The notes under the pieces: model-generated
Told to the model about the DNA's origin: nothing
The model's input: the letters and a program-made list of their open reading frames with translations, nothing else
Databases searched by the model: none
Translations under genes and position numbers: made by a program
Shown here: piece after piece, positions 35,646 through 44,639 of the stretch
Layout: the number at the start of each line of letters is the position of its first letter
How positions within the stretch are numbered: the first letter of the stretch is position 1
From: a virus
Lineage: Duplodnaviria; Caudoviricetes
DNA length: 46,646 nt
Virus record (IMG/VR): IMGVR_UViG_3300048851_000078
Location: 1 to 46,646 of that record
Reading direction: 5' to 3' (one strand)

Positions 35646-37453
35646 TGCTGATGAACGGATGCCCAGTCAATTCCGCCCCCGTGAACGGATTGCCCGGGGC
35701 TGCCGTATCGGCGCCATCCCAGCCGGTAGTGCCGGGTTCGGCCTTTCGGTGGCGAGTGATCTTGACAGTCGGCGGCGCAGATTTCAGCTCGCGCCTAACC
35801 GGTCAGGTGCAGATTGATCGCGAGCGCGGCGCTGCAGGGCTCGCAACATTTACCCTGCATATGCTGCCCGGCTCAGTGCTTCCGATGGACTGGGTAGGCC
35901 GCGAGGTTGCCATTGACTACCTGACCGCCGCCCGTGGCATCGCAACCACAAAGCGGAGATACACCGGCCGGGTGGTTACCACGGACTGGAGCCCGGTTAC
36001 GCGGCTGCTGGTTTGCCATTGCGGTGACCAATTGCAGCAGCGGCTGGAAGGCATGGAGATTGGGGCGATCGATGCGCTGATCCCGTCTTACTGGTCGGCG
36101 GATGTTTTTGAAGCCTTGGACGGGCGAAGCCGTTGGGATTATGCGCAGGAGCGCCTGAGCACGGTTCAGGCGAGCCTTGATGCTTCTCCCTCTGGCGAAC
36201 TCCGACTGACCAGCTGGTATGCGGGCGCCGAAAACTTTGCGTTTGGCAGCGGCACCACCGTTTATAACTCGGTGAAGCTAAGCTATGCGGACCTCACGAG
36301 TCTGACGAACAAGGTGGAGATCGAGGCCAGTTACCGCTTTCCTCGGCTACACCAGTTGAGCGAGGGCTTTCACTGGACTCACCCTGACACGTTCGGCCTG
36401 GGCGGCACGCAGGGCTTTTGCCTTTGGCGGACAGACAGTACGGACCTTCCTGACGTCGCGATGTTGAACGATGCTGCGTCCGGGGCCGGGTTGAGCATCG
36501 TTAAAACTCCGGGCTATACCCGTCTCCCTGGGAGCGGCGCGAACATTTGCGGCAACGGGCAACCTTGGGTGAACTCGTTCCCTGATCTATTGCTTGGCTT
36601 CTCATTCATGGGTGCCCGCCGATGGACGCAGACGGTGACGGAGAAATACACGCTGTCTGTGATTTGCGAGGCGAGCATCGAGCAGGCGGGGGAGGTGACC
36701 TCTCGCGATTCGTTGTCCCTCGACTACACCACCGACGTCGCTGATGCGTGGGAAGGCACCGCCTTCGGCAATGCAGCCGCCCGGCCCGCCACCAGTGATG
36801 GCGCGGTCGGCATTGTTTCTGCGGGTGGTGGCTCGACCACGATCGGGCCAGTCCAGGACGGCGGTCTCTTTGGTCATGCTGACGTCCGTGATGAGGCCGC
36901 CCGCAAGGCTGCACTTCTTTGCGTGCTCAATCAGGCCAAGACGGCAGTCGTGCTGGCGCACAGCGCGACGACGATTAGCTGGGACGTGCCAACAAGCATG
37001 GTCCTCGACATCGACTTGATTCATACGCTGCGCATCAGCGACCAGGGCATTGAAGCCAGATCTCGCTGCAGCCGGGTGCTGGACAACTTCGATCTCGCAT
37101 CGGGCTCCGCACTCACCACGCTTTCCATCTCGGTGATGCGCGGGGGAGGGCAGGTCAGTGATGAGATCGTTCCACCCGCTCCGTCCACCGTTCCGCAACC
37201 TGATGATGCGGACAGCCCGCCATCAAAGTCGTTGCCTACACAGCTTGGCGGGAAGCCGGGCTCGCCTGCCTACGTCGAGACTTTAGACGGGTTCGCGGGC
37301 AACTACGACAACGCAGATCCGACGCTGGAGGAGTTTCCTCGCCGCCTTCAGATCACCGCCTCAGAGATTGATGCGGCTTCCCGCGATGAGAATGTCGTGG
37401 AGCTGAAGGCGACTTACCGCGTGGTGGTCCCCAACGATCTACTGGAGCTTTGA
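35645..37453 (+). CDS. Tail tip/hub protein
   Basis: About 600-aa coupled ORF in the hub position. Confidence 0.7.
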   Translation: MLMNGCPVNSAPVNGLPGAAVSAPSQPVVPGSAFRWRVILTVGGADFSSRLTGQVQIDRERGAAGLATFTLHMLPGSVLPMDWVGREVAIDYLTAARGIATTKRRYTGRVVTTDWSPVTRLLVCHCGDQLQQRLEGMEIGAIDALIPSYWSADVFEALDGRSRWDYAQERLSTVQASLDASPSGELRLTSWYAGAENFAFGSGTTVYNSVKLSYADLTSLTNKVEIEASYRFPRLHQLSEGFHWTHPDTFGLGGTQGFCLWRTDSTDLPDVAMLNDAASGAGLSIVKTPGYTRLPGSGANICGNGQPWVNSFPDLLLGFSFMGARRWTQTVTEKYTLSVICEASIEQAGEVTSRDSLSLDYTTDVADAWEGTAFGNAAARPATSDGAVGIVSAGGGSTTIGPVQDGGLFGHADVRDEAARKAALLCVLNQAKTAVVLAHSATTISWDVPTSMVLDIDLIHTLRISDQGIEARSRCSRVLDNFDLASGSALTTLSISVMRGGGQVSDEIVPPAPSTVPQPDDADSPPSKSLPTQLGGKPGSPAYVETLDGFAGNYDNADPTLEEFPRRLQITASEIDAASRDENVVELKATYRVVVPNDLLEL

Positions 37454-37455
37454 CC

Positions 37456-37836
37456 ATGTCACTCACGAGCGAACGCAAGGCAATCGGGAGCAGCATCGAG
37501 CAATCGCGGCGCGCGACTGGGAAACAGATCACCGACGATCTCAACCGCTTGATTTCGCCAAAGCCGAAGAGCAAACCGCTCGCCAGCGTACCCAAGCGAG
37601 GCGCTCTGCCTGCGCAAGCCGGTGTCGGCAAATACAAGGCGACCACTCCTGCCTCTACGGGTGGCGGTATCGCCTCGCCTCTCACTGAGCCTGATGTGAG
37701 TAAGCGGCAGTATTGGGACACCGGACTGCAAAGCAGCGACGGCCTGTTCTTCCTTCCTGCCATCAAGCAGCTATCGCTCACCGACAGCAACGGCGACCCG
37801 GTCGTCATCAACCTGGCCCAGCCTGCTCATCAGTAG
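37456..37836 (+). CDS. Tail-associated hypothetical protein
   Basis: 'GGGIASPLTE..SSDGLF..PAIK' motif; GGAG RBS. Confidence 0.7.
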   Translation: MSLTSERKAIGSSIEQSRRATGKQITDDLNRLISPKPKSKPLASVPKRGALPAQAGVGKYKATTPASTGGGIASPLTEPDVSKRQYWDTGLQSSDGLFFLPAIKQLSLTDSNGDPVVINLAQPAHQ

Positions 37837-37856
37837 GCGCGCCCAGAGGTTCCTGA

Positions 37857-38327
37857 ATGCGCTACGTCAATAACTGGATCAGTCAGCTCACGGCTGACTT
37901 TCCTTCGGGTTCAACAGCGCTGCCGATCGGCGCGTCGTCTCTGGCGCTGCTGGGTGACGGCCAGTATCGGCTGACGCTGGTGAATTCGGTCAGCCCCATT
38001 GAGCAAACAGCCTCGGAAATTATCCAGCTGACCATGGCCGGCGGCGTCGCGACCGTCCTGCGCGGCATCGAGGGCACCGCGGCGCGCGCCTGGCCGTTGG
38101 GCTCATTCATCTACTGCGCTGTGACGGCCGGTGGAATGAATCAGTTGGCTGCCCAGATCGCGGATCTCATTACTCGGGTCACCGCGCTTGAGGCTGCGGG
38201 GCCGGGTGACGGCGGCGATGGAGGTGACGGTGGAGATGGGGGAGGGCCGCTTCCAAGCGGCGCACTCACGGCAGCGAACGGGGACGCGCTCACTGACGCA
38301 CAGAACAACCAATTGGTAGGTGGTTAG
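37857..38327 (+). CDS. Tail-associated protein with (GDG)n linker
   Basis: 'RG.EGTAARAWP.G..I...VTAG' phage tail motif; GDGGDGGDGGDGG repeat. Confidence 0.7.
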   Translation: MRYVNNWISQLTADFPSGSTALPIGASSLALLGDGQYRLTLVNSVSPIEQTASEIIQLTMAGGVATVLRGIEGTAARAWPLGSFIYCAVTAGGMNQLAAQIADLITRVTALEAAGPGDGGDGGDGGDGGGPLPSGALTAANGDALTDAQNNQLVGG

Positions 38328-38329
38328 AA

Positions 38330-39196
38330 ATGGCTTCGATTCAGCACACGATAACGGCAACAGTAAACCCAAGCGCCGCGCCACCCAGTGTGGGCGCGCA
38401 CTACAACAACACCGCGACCAAACAACGCTGGGTCTCGGCTGGAACTGAATCCGTCAAGGACTGGGGTCATCCCCTGCCTGGCAGCGAGTTCATGCTCGGG
38501 CTAGACCAGTTGGCTTACACCATCGACACGGGCGTATCGCGCGTGATCTGGACCATGGATGCACCGGCGCAGCATGTAGTTAGCTTCGGCCAGCCTCCCA
38601 CCGTCCCCGGTTACTATGAGGTTGAGCTGATCTGCGAAACAGTCCGAGCTGTTGAGCCGGTGGTCGGGGTAGATTTCGATCCCTCAGTCTGGATACAAGG
38701 CCTCAATTTCGATATCCCCAGCCAACTGTACGTCTGGCCGGGCAGTGCCACGTTGTTCAAATTCGGCCTGTGGATCGCGCAAAATAGCGGCGCTCGACCG
38801 TATTGGCGGTTGATAGATTCGCGACCCCTTGATGAGCCTAAGCCGGTGTTCGTATCTGCGGACGGGGCAGAGCGGACGCTTGTCCTGTCGGCTGCTCCGC
38901 AGACAATGTGGGATGTCTTGACCGATGGGCCTCCGAAACGTTTGGTGCTCCCTTCGCTGGGTGAAACCTTTTCCAACGATTTGTTCACCAAGGTCGACTT
39001 GGTCATCCGAAACGTGACCAATTATCCGTTGGATGTGACTATCGATGAGGACCTCGGTTTCCCGCTGCCAGGCGTCACTACCCTGACCATTCCAGCGGGG
39101 GTGACGATGCTATATCGGCTGGCCTATTTCATCGGTCTTGCCCAACACAGTTGGACGCTGCTAAGCAGCCATGAGCTCGCGCCGAAAAAGCCGTAA
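38330..39196 (+). CDS. Tail-associated protein, possibly with two repeated beta domains
   Basis: 'AAPPSVGAHY.NT....W.S.GT..V.DW' N-terminus; position in the tail cluster. Confidence 0.65.
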   Translation: MASIQHTITATVNPSAAPPSVGAHYNNTATKQRWVSAGTESVKDWGHPLPGSEFMLGLDQLAYTIDTGVSRVIWTMDAPAQHVVSFGQPPTVPGYYEVELICETVRAVEPVVGVDFDPSVWIQGLNFDIPSQLYVWPGSATLFKFGLWIAQNSGARPYWRLIDSRPLDEPKPVFVSADGAERTLVLSAAPQTMWDVLTDGPPKRLVLPSLGETFSNDLFTKVDLVIRNVTNYPLDVTIDEDLGFPLPGVTTLTIPAGVTMLYRLAYFIGLAQHSWTLLSSHELAPKKP

Positions 39197-39221
39197 GTCG
39201 ATCTGGATACTTGGAGGAGCG

Positions 39222-40754
39222 ATGCCGCGAATGCTGGTGTGGCCGTGGCACGGCCAGGTCAAGAACGGGTTAATCCACCTGCCAAACGGAGCGACCAAAG
39301 CGTATACACAGCCTACCAATAGCCAGAGATCATTGAACGCCGTTGGTGATACCCACCTGATCATTGTGCCGAACGTCGCTGAAATTTCCGAGGAAGAGCA
39401 GGGCTTGGCCCCGCCCGGCGGGCAGTACTGGGCGGGCAGGGCGCTGATCACAAGCAGTCAGCTTTACAACCAGCCGTTTGACGGGTGGATCTATCAGGCA
39501 TTGGACGGTACTCGCTGGAAAGTGGGGCTGTTGCAACGAACGATCGGCGACACCTCTACCAGTTTGCAATTCTCAATCTCACGATTCGGAGCCTTTGGTG
39601 TTGCGCCTGACGTGCGCAGACGCACCGTCACGGTGCCTTTAGGCAGGCTGCCAGCGGAGGACCGAGCCAAATTCTTTGCTGACCTTGGTTCGGTGAACGC
39701 TGTGTCCGTTCAGCTCCACTCGGTTAGCACTTCGGGCAGAAACGCGGTTCTTGCCTGGTCAGCCTACAACACCACTTCGGGTACTGACACTGACACCGAC
39801 TTGCGAATGAGACCTTACTCGTTTGCTCAGGTGACGCTGACCGGATCTGGCGTGACGCTTGGCGTCACGGTCTCTGTCCTTTATGGCTCGGATGAGGTCA
39901 TGCACTTCAAGCAGGAAGTCCTCGGGGGTGCGCAGAACCAGTACGCAGTGATGGGAGCAGGTAGCGAGACGGACCGCGAGCCGATCTTTGACCAGCAGGG
40001 CACCCAGATCGGGGACAAGGTGACGTACAACTTTCCCTCATCCGTGGGCGTGCAAGAGGGCCCGGGCTGGCAGGGTCCGACGAGTTCGAGCACCGTCATT
40101 AAGTGGCTGGTCATGTTGCCATTTGAGGGTGAAGAACCGTCTCCCTGCTATCTCGATTTTACCGACTCGTGGTCAATTGGCGGCGCCAGCTTCTCCGTGG
40201 TCACGATCGAGCCCCGCATTGCGAACGAGTACAACGACGGCAGCGTCAACATCGTGCGGCCGGGCTCCTATTCAGTCTCCGGCGGTTGTGTGGCGGCCGG
40301 CAATGCCACCATCAAGTGGGATGGCCCGGGCGAGAACTGGGCGCAGGGGGTCACGTACGGGTCTTCCAGCTCCATCAACGGGAGTGTTCTAACTCTGGGC
40401 ATGAGTGTTGATGACCTGCACGAGTCGGAGTCTTACTCGAATGCCAGCTTTCGCAGTGCTCCCCCCATCGGCGGGTTTCTCGATGGAAGCGCTATTGGTC
40501 GCGTGCCTGAGTTTGGCGCGGTGGTCGGGACCCTGCTGAAGCTGTGGTACTTCTCGATTTACAGCAACAACCTCATCGCTGTCAGCCACCAGTTCAATCA
40601 GGATCCTGCGGTGTTTGATGGCGTGCTTACACCTGGTGGCTACCTTTCGACCTCCGGCAGCTATCCGGTAGACGACGTTCGGCACTACGGCAGCTTCAAC
40701 CCCGCAACCCAAGAATTTGTTGTCGGCTCAACTTCGCCCGTCAACTGGATTTAA
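39222..40754 (+). CDS. Tail/receptor-binding-type protein
   Basis: GGAGGAG RBS, 'WPWHG' N-terminus, 'YGSFNP.T....PVNWI' C-terminus, beta-rich middle. Confidence 0.65.
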   Translation: MPRMLVWPWHGQVKNGLIHLPNGATKAYTQPTNSQRSLNAVGDTHLIIVPNVAEISEEEQGLAPPGGQYWAGRALITSSQLYNQPFDGWIYQALDGTRWKVGLLQRTIGDTSTSLQFSISRFGAFGVAPDVRRRTVTVPLGRLPAEDRAKFFADLGSVNAVSVQLHSVSTSGRNAVLAWSAYNTTSGTDTDTDLRMRPYSFAQVTLTGSGVTLGVTVSVLYGSDEVMHFKQEVLGGAQNQYAVMGAGSETDREPIFDQQGTQIGDKVTYNFPSSVGVQEGPGWQGPTSSSTVIKWLVMLPFEGEEPSPCYLDFTDSWSIGGASFSVVTIEPRIANEYNDGSVNIVRPGSYSVSGGCVAAGNATIKWDGPGENWAQGVTYGSSSSINGSVLTLGMSVDDLHESESYSNASFRSAPPIGGFLDGSAIGRVPEFGAVVGTLLKLWYFSIYSNNLIAVSHQFNQDPAVFDGVLTPGGYLSTSGSYPVDDVRHYGSFNPATQEFVVGSTSPVNWI

Positions 40755-40778
40755 TGACCCTCGACATAGGAGCCAGCC

Positions 40779-41519
40779 ATGCAGCCAGCCCGGCAAGACC
40801 TGCCCGTTACTCCGGGAACAACCTACAGAGATACCGTGCGGATCATGCAGCCGGAGTTTGCTTACCACGCGATCACTGGCATCGAAGGTGCGCCGGTAGA
40901 AATCACAGTGCCCGGCCACGGTCTTGCCTCGGACTGGCCGATCTGGGTGCGCGGCGTCCAGGGCATGACGGAGCTGAACCGTGATCCCGCCCGCCAGCTT
41001 CCACACAAAGCAAAGGTGGTGAGCGCTGATGCGCTTGAGATAAATACGATGTCCGCGGCGGGACTGCGGCCATCGGGTGGCGAGGTCATCTACCGGCGCC
41101 CGGTAAATCTGGCCGAGGCGGCCGCGGCCATGACGGTCTATCAGTCCGGTTTACCGCTCTTCACGCTGGCGCTGGGTTCGGGGCTGTCGATCACGGCACC
41201 GGGCACCATCGAGCGCGTGCTCACCGCCGAGCAAACATCCCTGCTCATCGGCGAGGACCTGACCTACACCCTGGACATCACGTATGCAGGTCCGACCGTA
41301 ACCCGGTATTTCACCGGCGCGATCGGCAGCGGTTGCACGTCCTGCGCCGGCGATCCTCAGGTGCTGACAATTGGGGAGCAGGGGCCACCCGGGGTTGGCG
41401 CAGCAGAGATCAGCGCGGACCCCAACAACCGACTCAGCTTCGGTAGCGACCTCAAGCTTTACGTGTCCGACGATTTAATCCCCGACCCACTCAACTATTA
41501 CATTCTCGCCAAAGGATAA
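40779..41519 (+). CDS. Tail fiber adaptor-like protein
   Basis: 'MQPARQDL....G.TY', 'GEQGPPG', 'ISADPNNRL..GSD..LYV'. Confidence 0.65.
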   Translation: MQPARQDLPVTPGTTYRDTVRIMQPEFAYHAITGIEGAPVEITVPGHGLASDWPIWVRGVQGMTELNRDPARQLPHKAKVVSADALEINTMSAAGLRPSGGEVIYRRPVNLAEAAAAMTVYQSGLPLFTLALGSGLSITAPGTIERVLTAEQTSLLIGEDLTYTLDITYAGPTVTRYFTGAIGSGCTSCAGDPQVLTIGEQGPPGVGAAEISADPNNRLSFGSDLKLYVSDDLIPDPLNYYILAKG

Positions 41520-41524
41520 GCCGC

Positions 41525-42019
41525 ATGTCTCTCGAAACCAGAATCATCGGGCTGGCCACCGCTATCGGTGCCGACATCAAGACCCTGACCACCAAGCAGG
41601 GGGATCTGACCTCGCTGTCCACGACCGCCAAAGGCAACCTGGTCGCTGCCGTCAACGAGCTTTATGGGCTGCTGGGCTCCACGGGTGCAGTCATTGACGA
41701 CGGCGCCGGTGACGGGGCAACGGCGGTAACCTGGTCGGCCAACAAAATCTTCGACTCGATTGAGGCTGCAAAGGCTGCTGTCCAAGCGTCGATCTTGGGT
41801 GGCGCAAGTGCGGCATTCGACACATTGAAAGAACTGCAGGACCTGATCGTGAGCGATGAGGGCTTGCTGACCGCGCTCACTACTGCCGTTGCGAACCGTA
41901 TTCGCTTCGACGACTCCCAGACCCTCACCACCGCGCAGAAGCTGCAGGCCTGCACTAACATCGGCGTTGGCAACCCGGAGGCGGATTTCTCTGCTTCGTA
42001 CGCCACCGCCAAGGCGTAA
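41525..42019 (+). CDS. Tail fiber-associated protein
   Basis: 'GDL.SL.TTAK.NLVAAVNE', 'AFDTLKEL', 'QTLT.AQK.QA..NIG' phage fiber motifs. Confidence 0.75.
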   Translation: MSLETRIIGLATAIGADIKTLTTKQGDLTSLSTTAKGNLVAAVNELYGLLGSTGAVIDDGAGDGATAVTWSANKIFDSIEAAKAAVQASILGGASAAFDTLKELQDLIVSDEGLLTALTTAVANRIRFDDSQTLTTAQKLQACTNIGVGNPEADFSASYATAKA

Positions 42020-42022
42020 CTT

Positions 42023-43126
42023 GTGAGCATGGAAGCGCGCATCGTCGCGCTGGCTCAAGCGATAGGCGCTGACGTTAAAGCACTCATCGCTGGCAGTGCA
42101 GCATCGTTGAGGCGCTGGAGTGGCGGGTTTTCACGCTTCGGAACAAGCCAAACCTTGACGTCTTCTCAGGCGGGTCGCGTGATCTGGTTCACTGCTTCGG
42201 GGCTGACATGCGCTTTGCCGAGTCCCTCGACAATGCTCGTGGGCCAGGGCTTCACGATCCGCAATGGCAGTACTGGGAACCTGACAATCACAACGCCAAG
42301 CGGATCGATTTACCCTGAATTGGATAACGCAGCTACCACTTCGCTGGTGCTGGGTCCCAAGGAGTGGATCGAGATCGGCACCGATGCTGCGAACTGGACG
42401 ATCAACCTTCGAGGCCTGCTAGAAAAAGCGGCTCCATTGGCTAATCCCAGTTTCTCGGGGTCGGCCACTTTCACGGGCAACTCGTTGCTGATGAACCCGG
42501 CCGCCGGGGGCAATTTTGGTCTCGAACTTGGGTACACGGGTAACTCCGCCAGCACACCGTTCATTGACTTCCATTCCGGTGCAGCTCCAGTCGACTATGA
42601 CGCGCGTTTACTCGCATCAGGAGGCAACGGTGCGCCCGGTGGCGGAACGCTGGCGGTGTACGCCGCTGCATTCGATGTGCTTTGCCCGCTGTCCTCAACC
42701 GGCGACATCGTTGTTCGCGGCACGACCGGCGAGCCCAAGGTCCGTATCAACGGCAACGCGGCAACCAACCGATACGTCCGTTTTGACAGCGTAAACGTGC
42801 AACGGTGGCAGTTCGGTGTGAACAGCGCTGCTGAGTCTGGCAGCAATGCGGGTTCCGGCTTCTATATCAACCGTTTCGATGACACTGGGTTGGCGTTAGG
42901 CAACACGCTTACCGTTGACCGCGCTTCCGGTGATATCGCGCTCTGGGGGAAAGTCCAGACGACAGGCCCTTTTAAACCGGGCTCCTACACACTGACGACA
43001 CTACCCAGCGCTGCTCTTTTCAGTGGCTACCAGATCGAAGTGACCAATGCTGCCGGCGGGTCGAAGACCTGCAAGTCGAACGGTTCCGTTTGGCAAATCC
43101 TCAACACCACAACCACAGTGAGCTAA
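42023..43126 (+). CDS. Tail fiber protein
   Basis: 'APLANPSFSG', 'PFIDFHSG...DYDARL', 'ESGSNAGS.F.I.R.DD.G' fiber modules. Confidence 0.85.
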   Translation: MSMEARIVALAQAIGADVKALIAGSAASLRRWSGGFSRFGTSQTLTSSQAGRVIWFTASGLTCALPSPSTMLVGQGFTIRNGSTGNLTITTPSGSIYPELDNAATTSLVLGPKEWIEIGTDAANWTINLRGLLEKAAPLANPSFSGSATFTGNSLLMNPAAGGNFGLELGYTGNSASTPFIDFHSGAAPVDYDARLLASGGNGAPGGGTLAVYAAAFDVLCPLSSTGDIVVRGTTGEPKVRINGNAATNRYVRFDSVNVQRWQFGVNSAAESGSNAGSGFYINRFDDTGLALGNTLTVDRASGDIALWGKVQTTGPFKPGSYTLTTLPSAALFSGYQIEVTNAAGGSKTCKSNGSVWQILNTTTTVS

Positions 43127-43130
43127 GACA

Positions 43131-43580
43131 ATGCCGCCAGTATTTGAGCAGGTCACATTCTTCTATGAGGTTCTCTTGCGGTTCGGCGATCAAAAGGCGA
43201 ACCGGGGACAGCTCACAGGTGCGCACCTGCAGACGCTTACTCAGACGCTGATGGACGGCAATGTCATCGCCACTTCTGACAATGGCCCCAAGCAACTGGC
43301 GCTGCTGGATGGCGAGTCCGGCCAGAAGCTCAGCGACGTCTTGGGCGGGGTCAACGCTCAGACCATCATCCGGAATCAGACCCTTGTTGCCGCGCTGGTC
43401 GCGGAGCAGGGGAGGACGTCCGAGTTGACTGGCGATCTAAACCAGGCCCAAGCGAAGGTCCAGGAGTTGGACAGCCAGATCACTGCCGCGAACGCTGAAA
43501 TCTCCCGCCTCAAGGCACTGATCCCCAATGCAGCGCTCACGATCGAGAGCGAGCCCGGCGAGCCTGCCCAGGCGATTTAA
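43131..43580 (+). CDS. Tail fiber-associated coiled-coil protein (possible chaperone)
   Basis: Follows the fiber gene; 'YE.L.RF..G...GAH.Q' N-terminus and C-terminal coiled coil. Confidence 0.6.
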   Translation: MPPVFEQVTFFYEVLLRFGDQKANRGQLTGAHLQTLTQTLMDGNVIATSDNGPKQLALLDGESGQKLSDVLGGVNAQTIIRNQTLVAALVAEQGRTSELTGDLNQAQAKVQELDSQITAANAEISRLKALIPNAALTIESEPGEPAQAI

Positions 43581-43649
43581 CTGCTGGATGTAAGCCACGA
43601 GTCACCAAACCCGCTATCGAGTGGGTATTTTTTTGCCTGGAGAATACCA

Positions 43650-44075
43650 ATGCCTGTAACTGATACGGACCGTGATGTGCTTGCCAGAACGCTGTGGGGC
43701 GAAGCCCGCGGTGAGGGCATGGATGGGATGGTTGCGACCGGATGGACGATCCGCAACCGGGTCAACGACGGGAAGGACCGTTCCTGGTGGGGCGAAGGGT
43801 ATGCCGGCGTGTGCCAGAAGCCCTACCAGTTCAGCTGCTGGAACTCGAACGATCCCAACTACCCGTACCTCAGCGGTGCCAAGCAGATCCCGGCCGCCGA
43901 GTTCGCCAAATGCCAGCTCGCAGCGCAGCAGGTCATCGAGGGCGCGAAGCCTGATCCCACCGGCGGTGCAACTCACTACTACTCCACGTCGATGCCTAAG
44001 CCTCCGAACTGGGTGAAGGGGGCGAAGCAGACGTTGCGTCTAGGCCATCACATTTTCTTCAAGAACGTGCCGTGA
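43650..44075 (+). CDS. Endolysin, cell wall hydrolase (Hydrolase_2/SleB family)
   Basis: 'LARTLWGEARGE', 'YQFSCWN', 'DPTGGATHYY', 'GHHIFF'. Confidence 0.92.
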   Translation: MPVTDTDRDVLARTLWGEARGEGMDGMVATGWTIRNRVNDGKDRSWWGEGYAGVCQKPYQFSCWNSNDPNYPYLSGAKQIPAAEFAKCQLAAQQVIEGAKPDPTGGATHYYSTSMPKPPNWVKGAKQTLRLGHHIFFKNVP

Positions 44076-44221
44076 TTGCGGCGCTGAAGCTGTTGCCTAC
44101 GTGGGCGTGGGCGACTTTGAGTTTCATCCTTGCGCGGTCGGTCGCCGCTGGCTACCAGACCGTACGGCTCGCCGAGGTCCGTGCTCACTGCGCGACACAC
44201 CGGAATGAATTGGCGACATGA
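44072..44221 (+). pseudogene. Truncated i-spanin-like remnant
   Basis: GTGA-coupled 49-codon ORF MIAALKLLPTWAWATLSFILARSVAAGYQTVRLAEVR..., resembling an Rz-type N-terminus that stops early. Confidence 0.5.
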
Positions 44222-44314
44222 TCGACGCCGGTTGAAGCAATAACATCTATCTGGATATATATTGTGTCGGTCCTAATCGCACTTACGTATCCATTTAGGC
44301 GCAGGGAGCATGAG

Positions 44315-44569
44315 ATGCCGTCATCGCAGCTTGAGATTTGGAGCGGTCGTTGGCACTTGGTCGTCGATGCAGTCATCTGCCGCACATGCCAGGCTGCTCA
44401 GGCAGTACAGTTCAGACATGAACCGTTTTTACACACGTCCACTTGCCCATATCACGCCCTCGGGCGCACTCCTTGGGATGATTTAGATTCCGCTCTGCGT
44501 GCAATTGCTTGGCGTAGCGGATACGTTCAGGAGGTGGCACGAGACGATACACAGTCGGCACGGTCGTAA
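44315..44569 (+). CDS. Small hypothetical protein with CxxC..H...C putative metal site
   Basis: GGGAG RBS; 'ICRTCQ..F.H...C....PW..L'. Confidence 0.6.
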   Translation: MPSSQLEIWSGRWHLVVDAVICRTCQAAQAVQFRHEPFLHTSTCPYHALGRTPWDDLDSALRAIAWRSGYVQEVARDDTQSARS

Positions 44570-44639
44570 AACTTGCTGGGGTTATGTCATCCAACTAAAT
44601 CACCCCGGCATGACCCGCCTGTTAGGTCTTGGCCGACTC

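Noticed and set aside
37857-43580. Diversity-generating retroelement or invertible tail-fiber shufflon
   Set aside because: No reverse transcriptase, no TR/VR pair, and no inverted cassettes or crossover repeats seen by eye
44251-44266. LexA box at CTGGATATATATTGTG
   Set aside because: Lacks the CAG half-site
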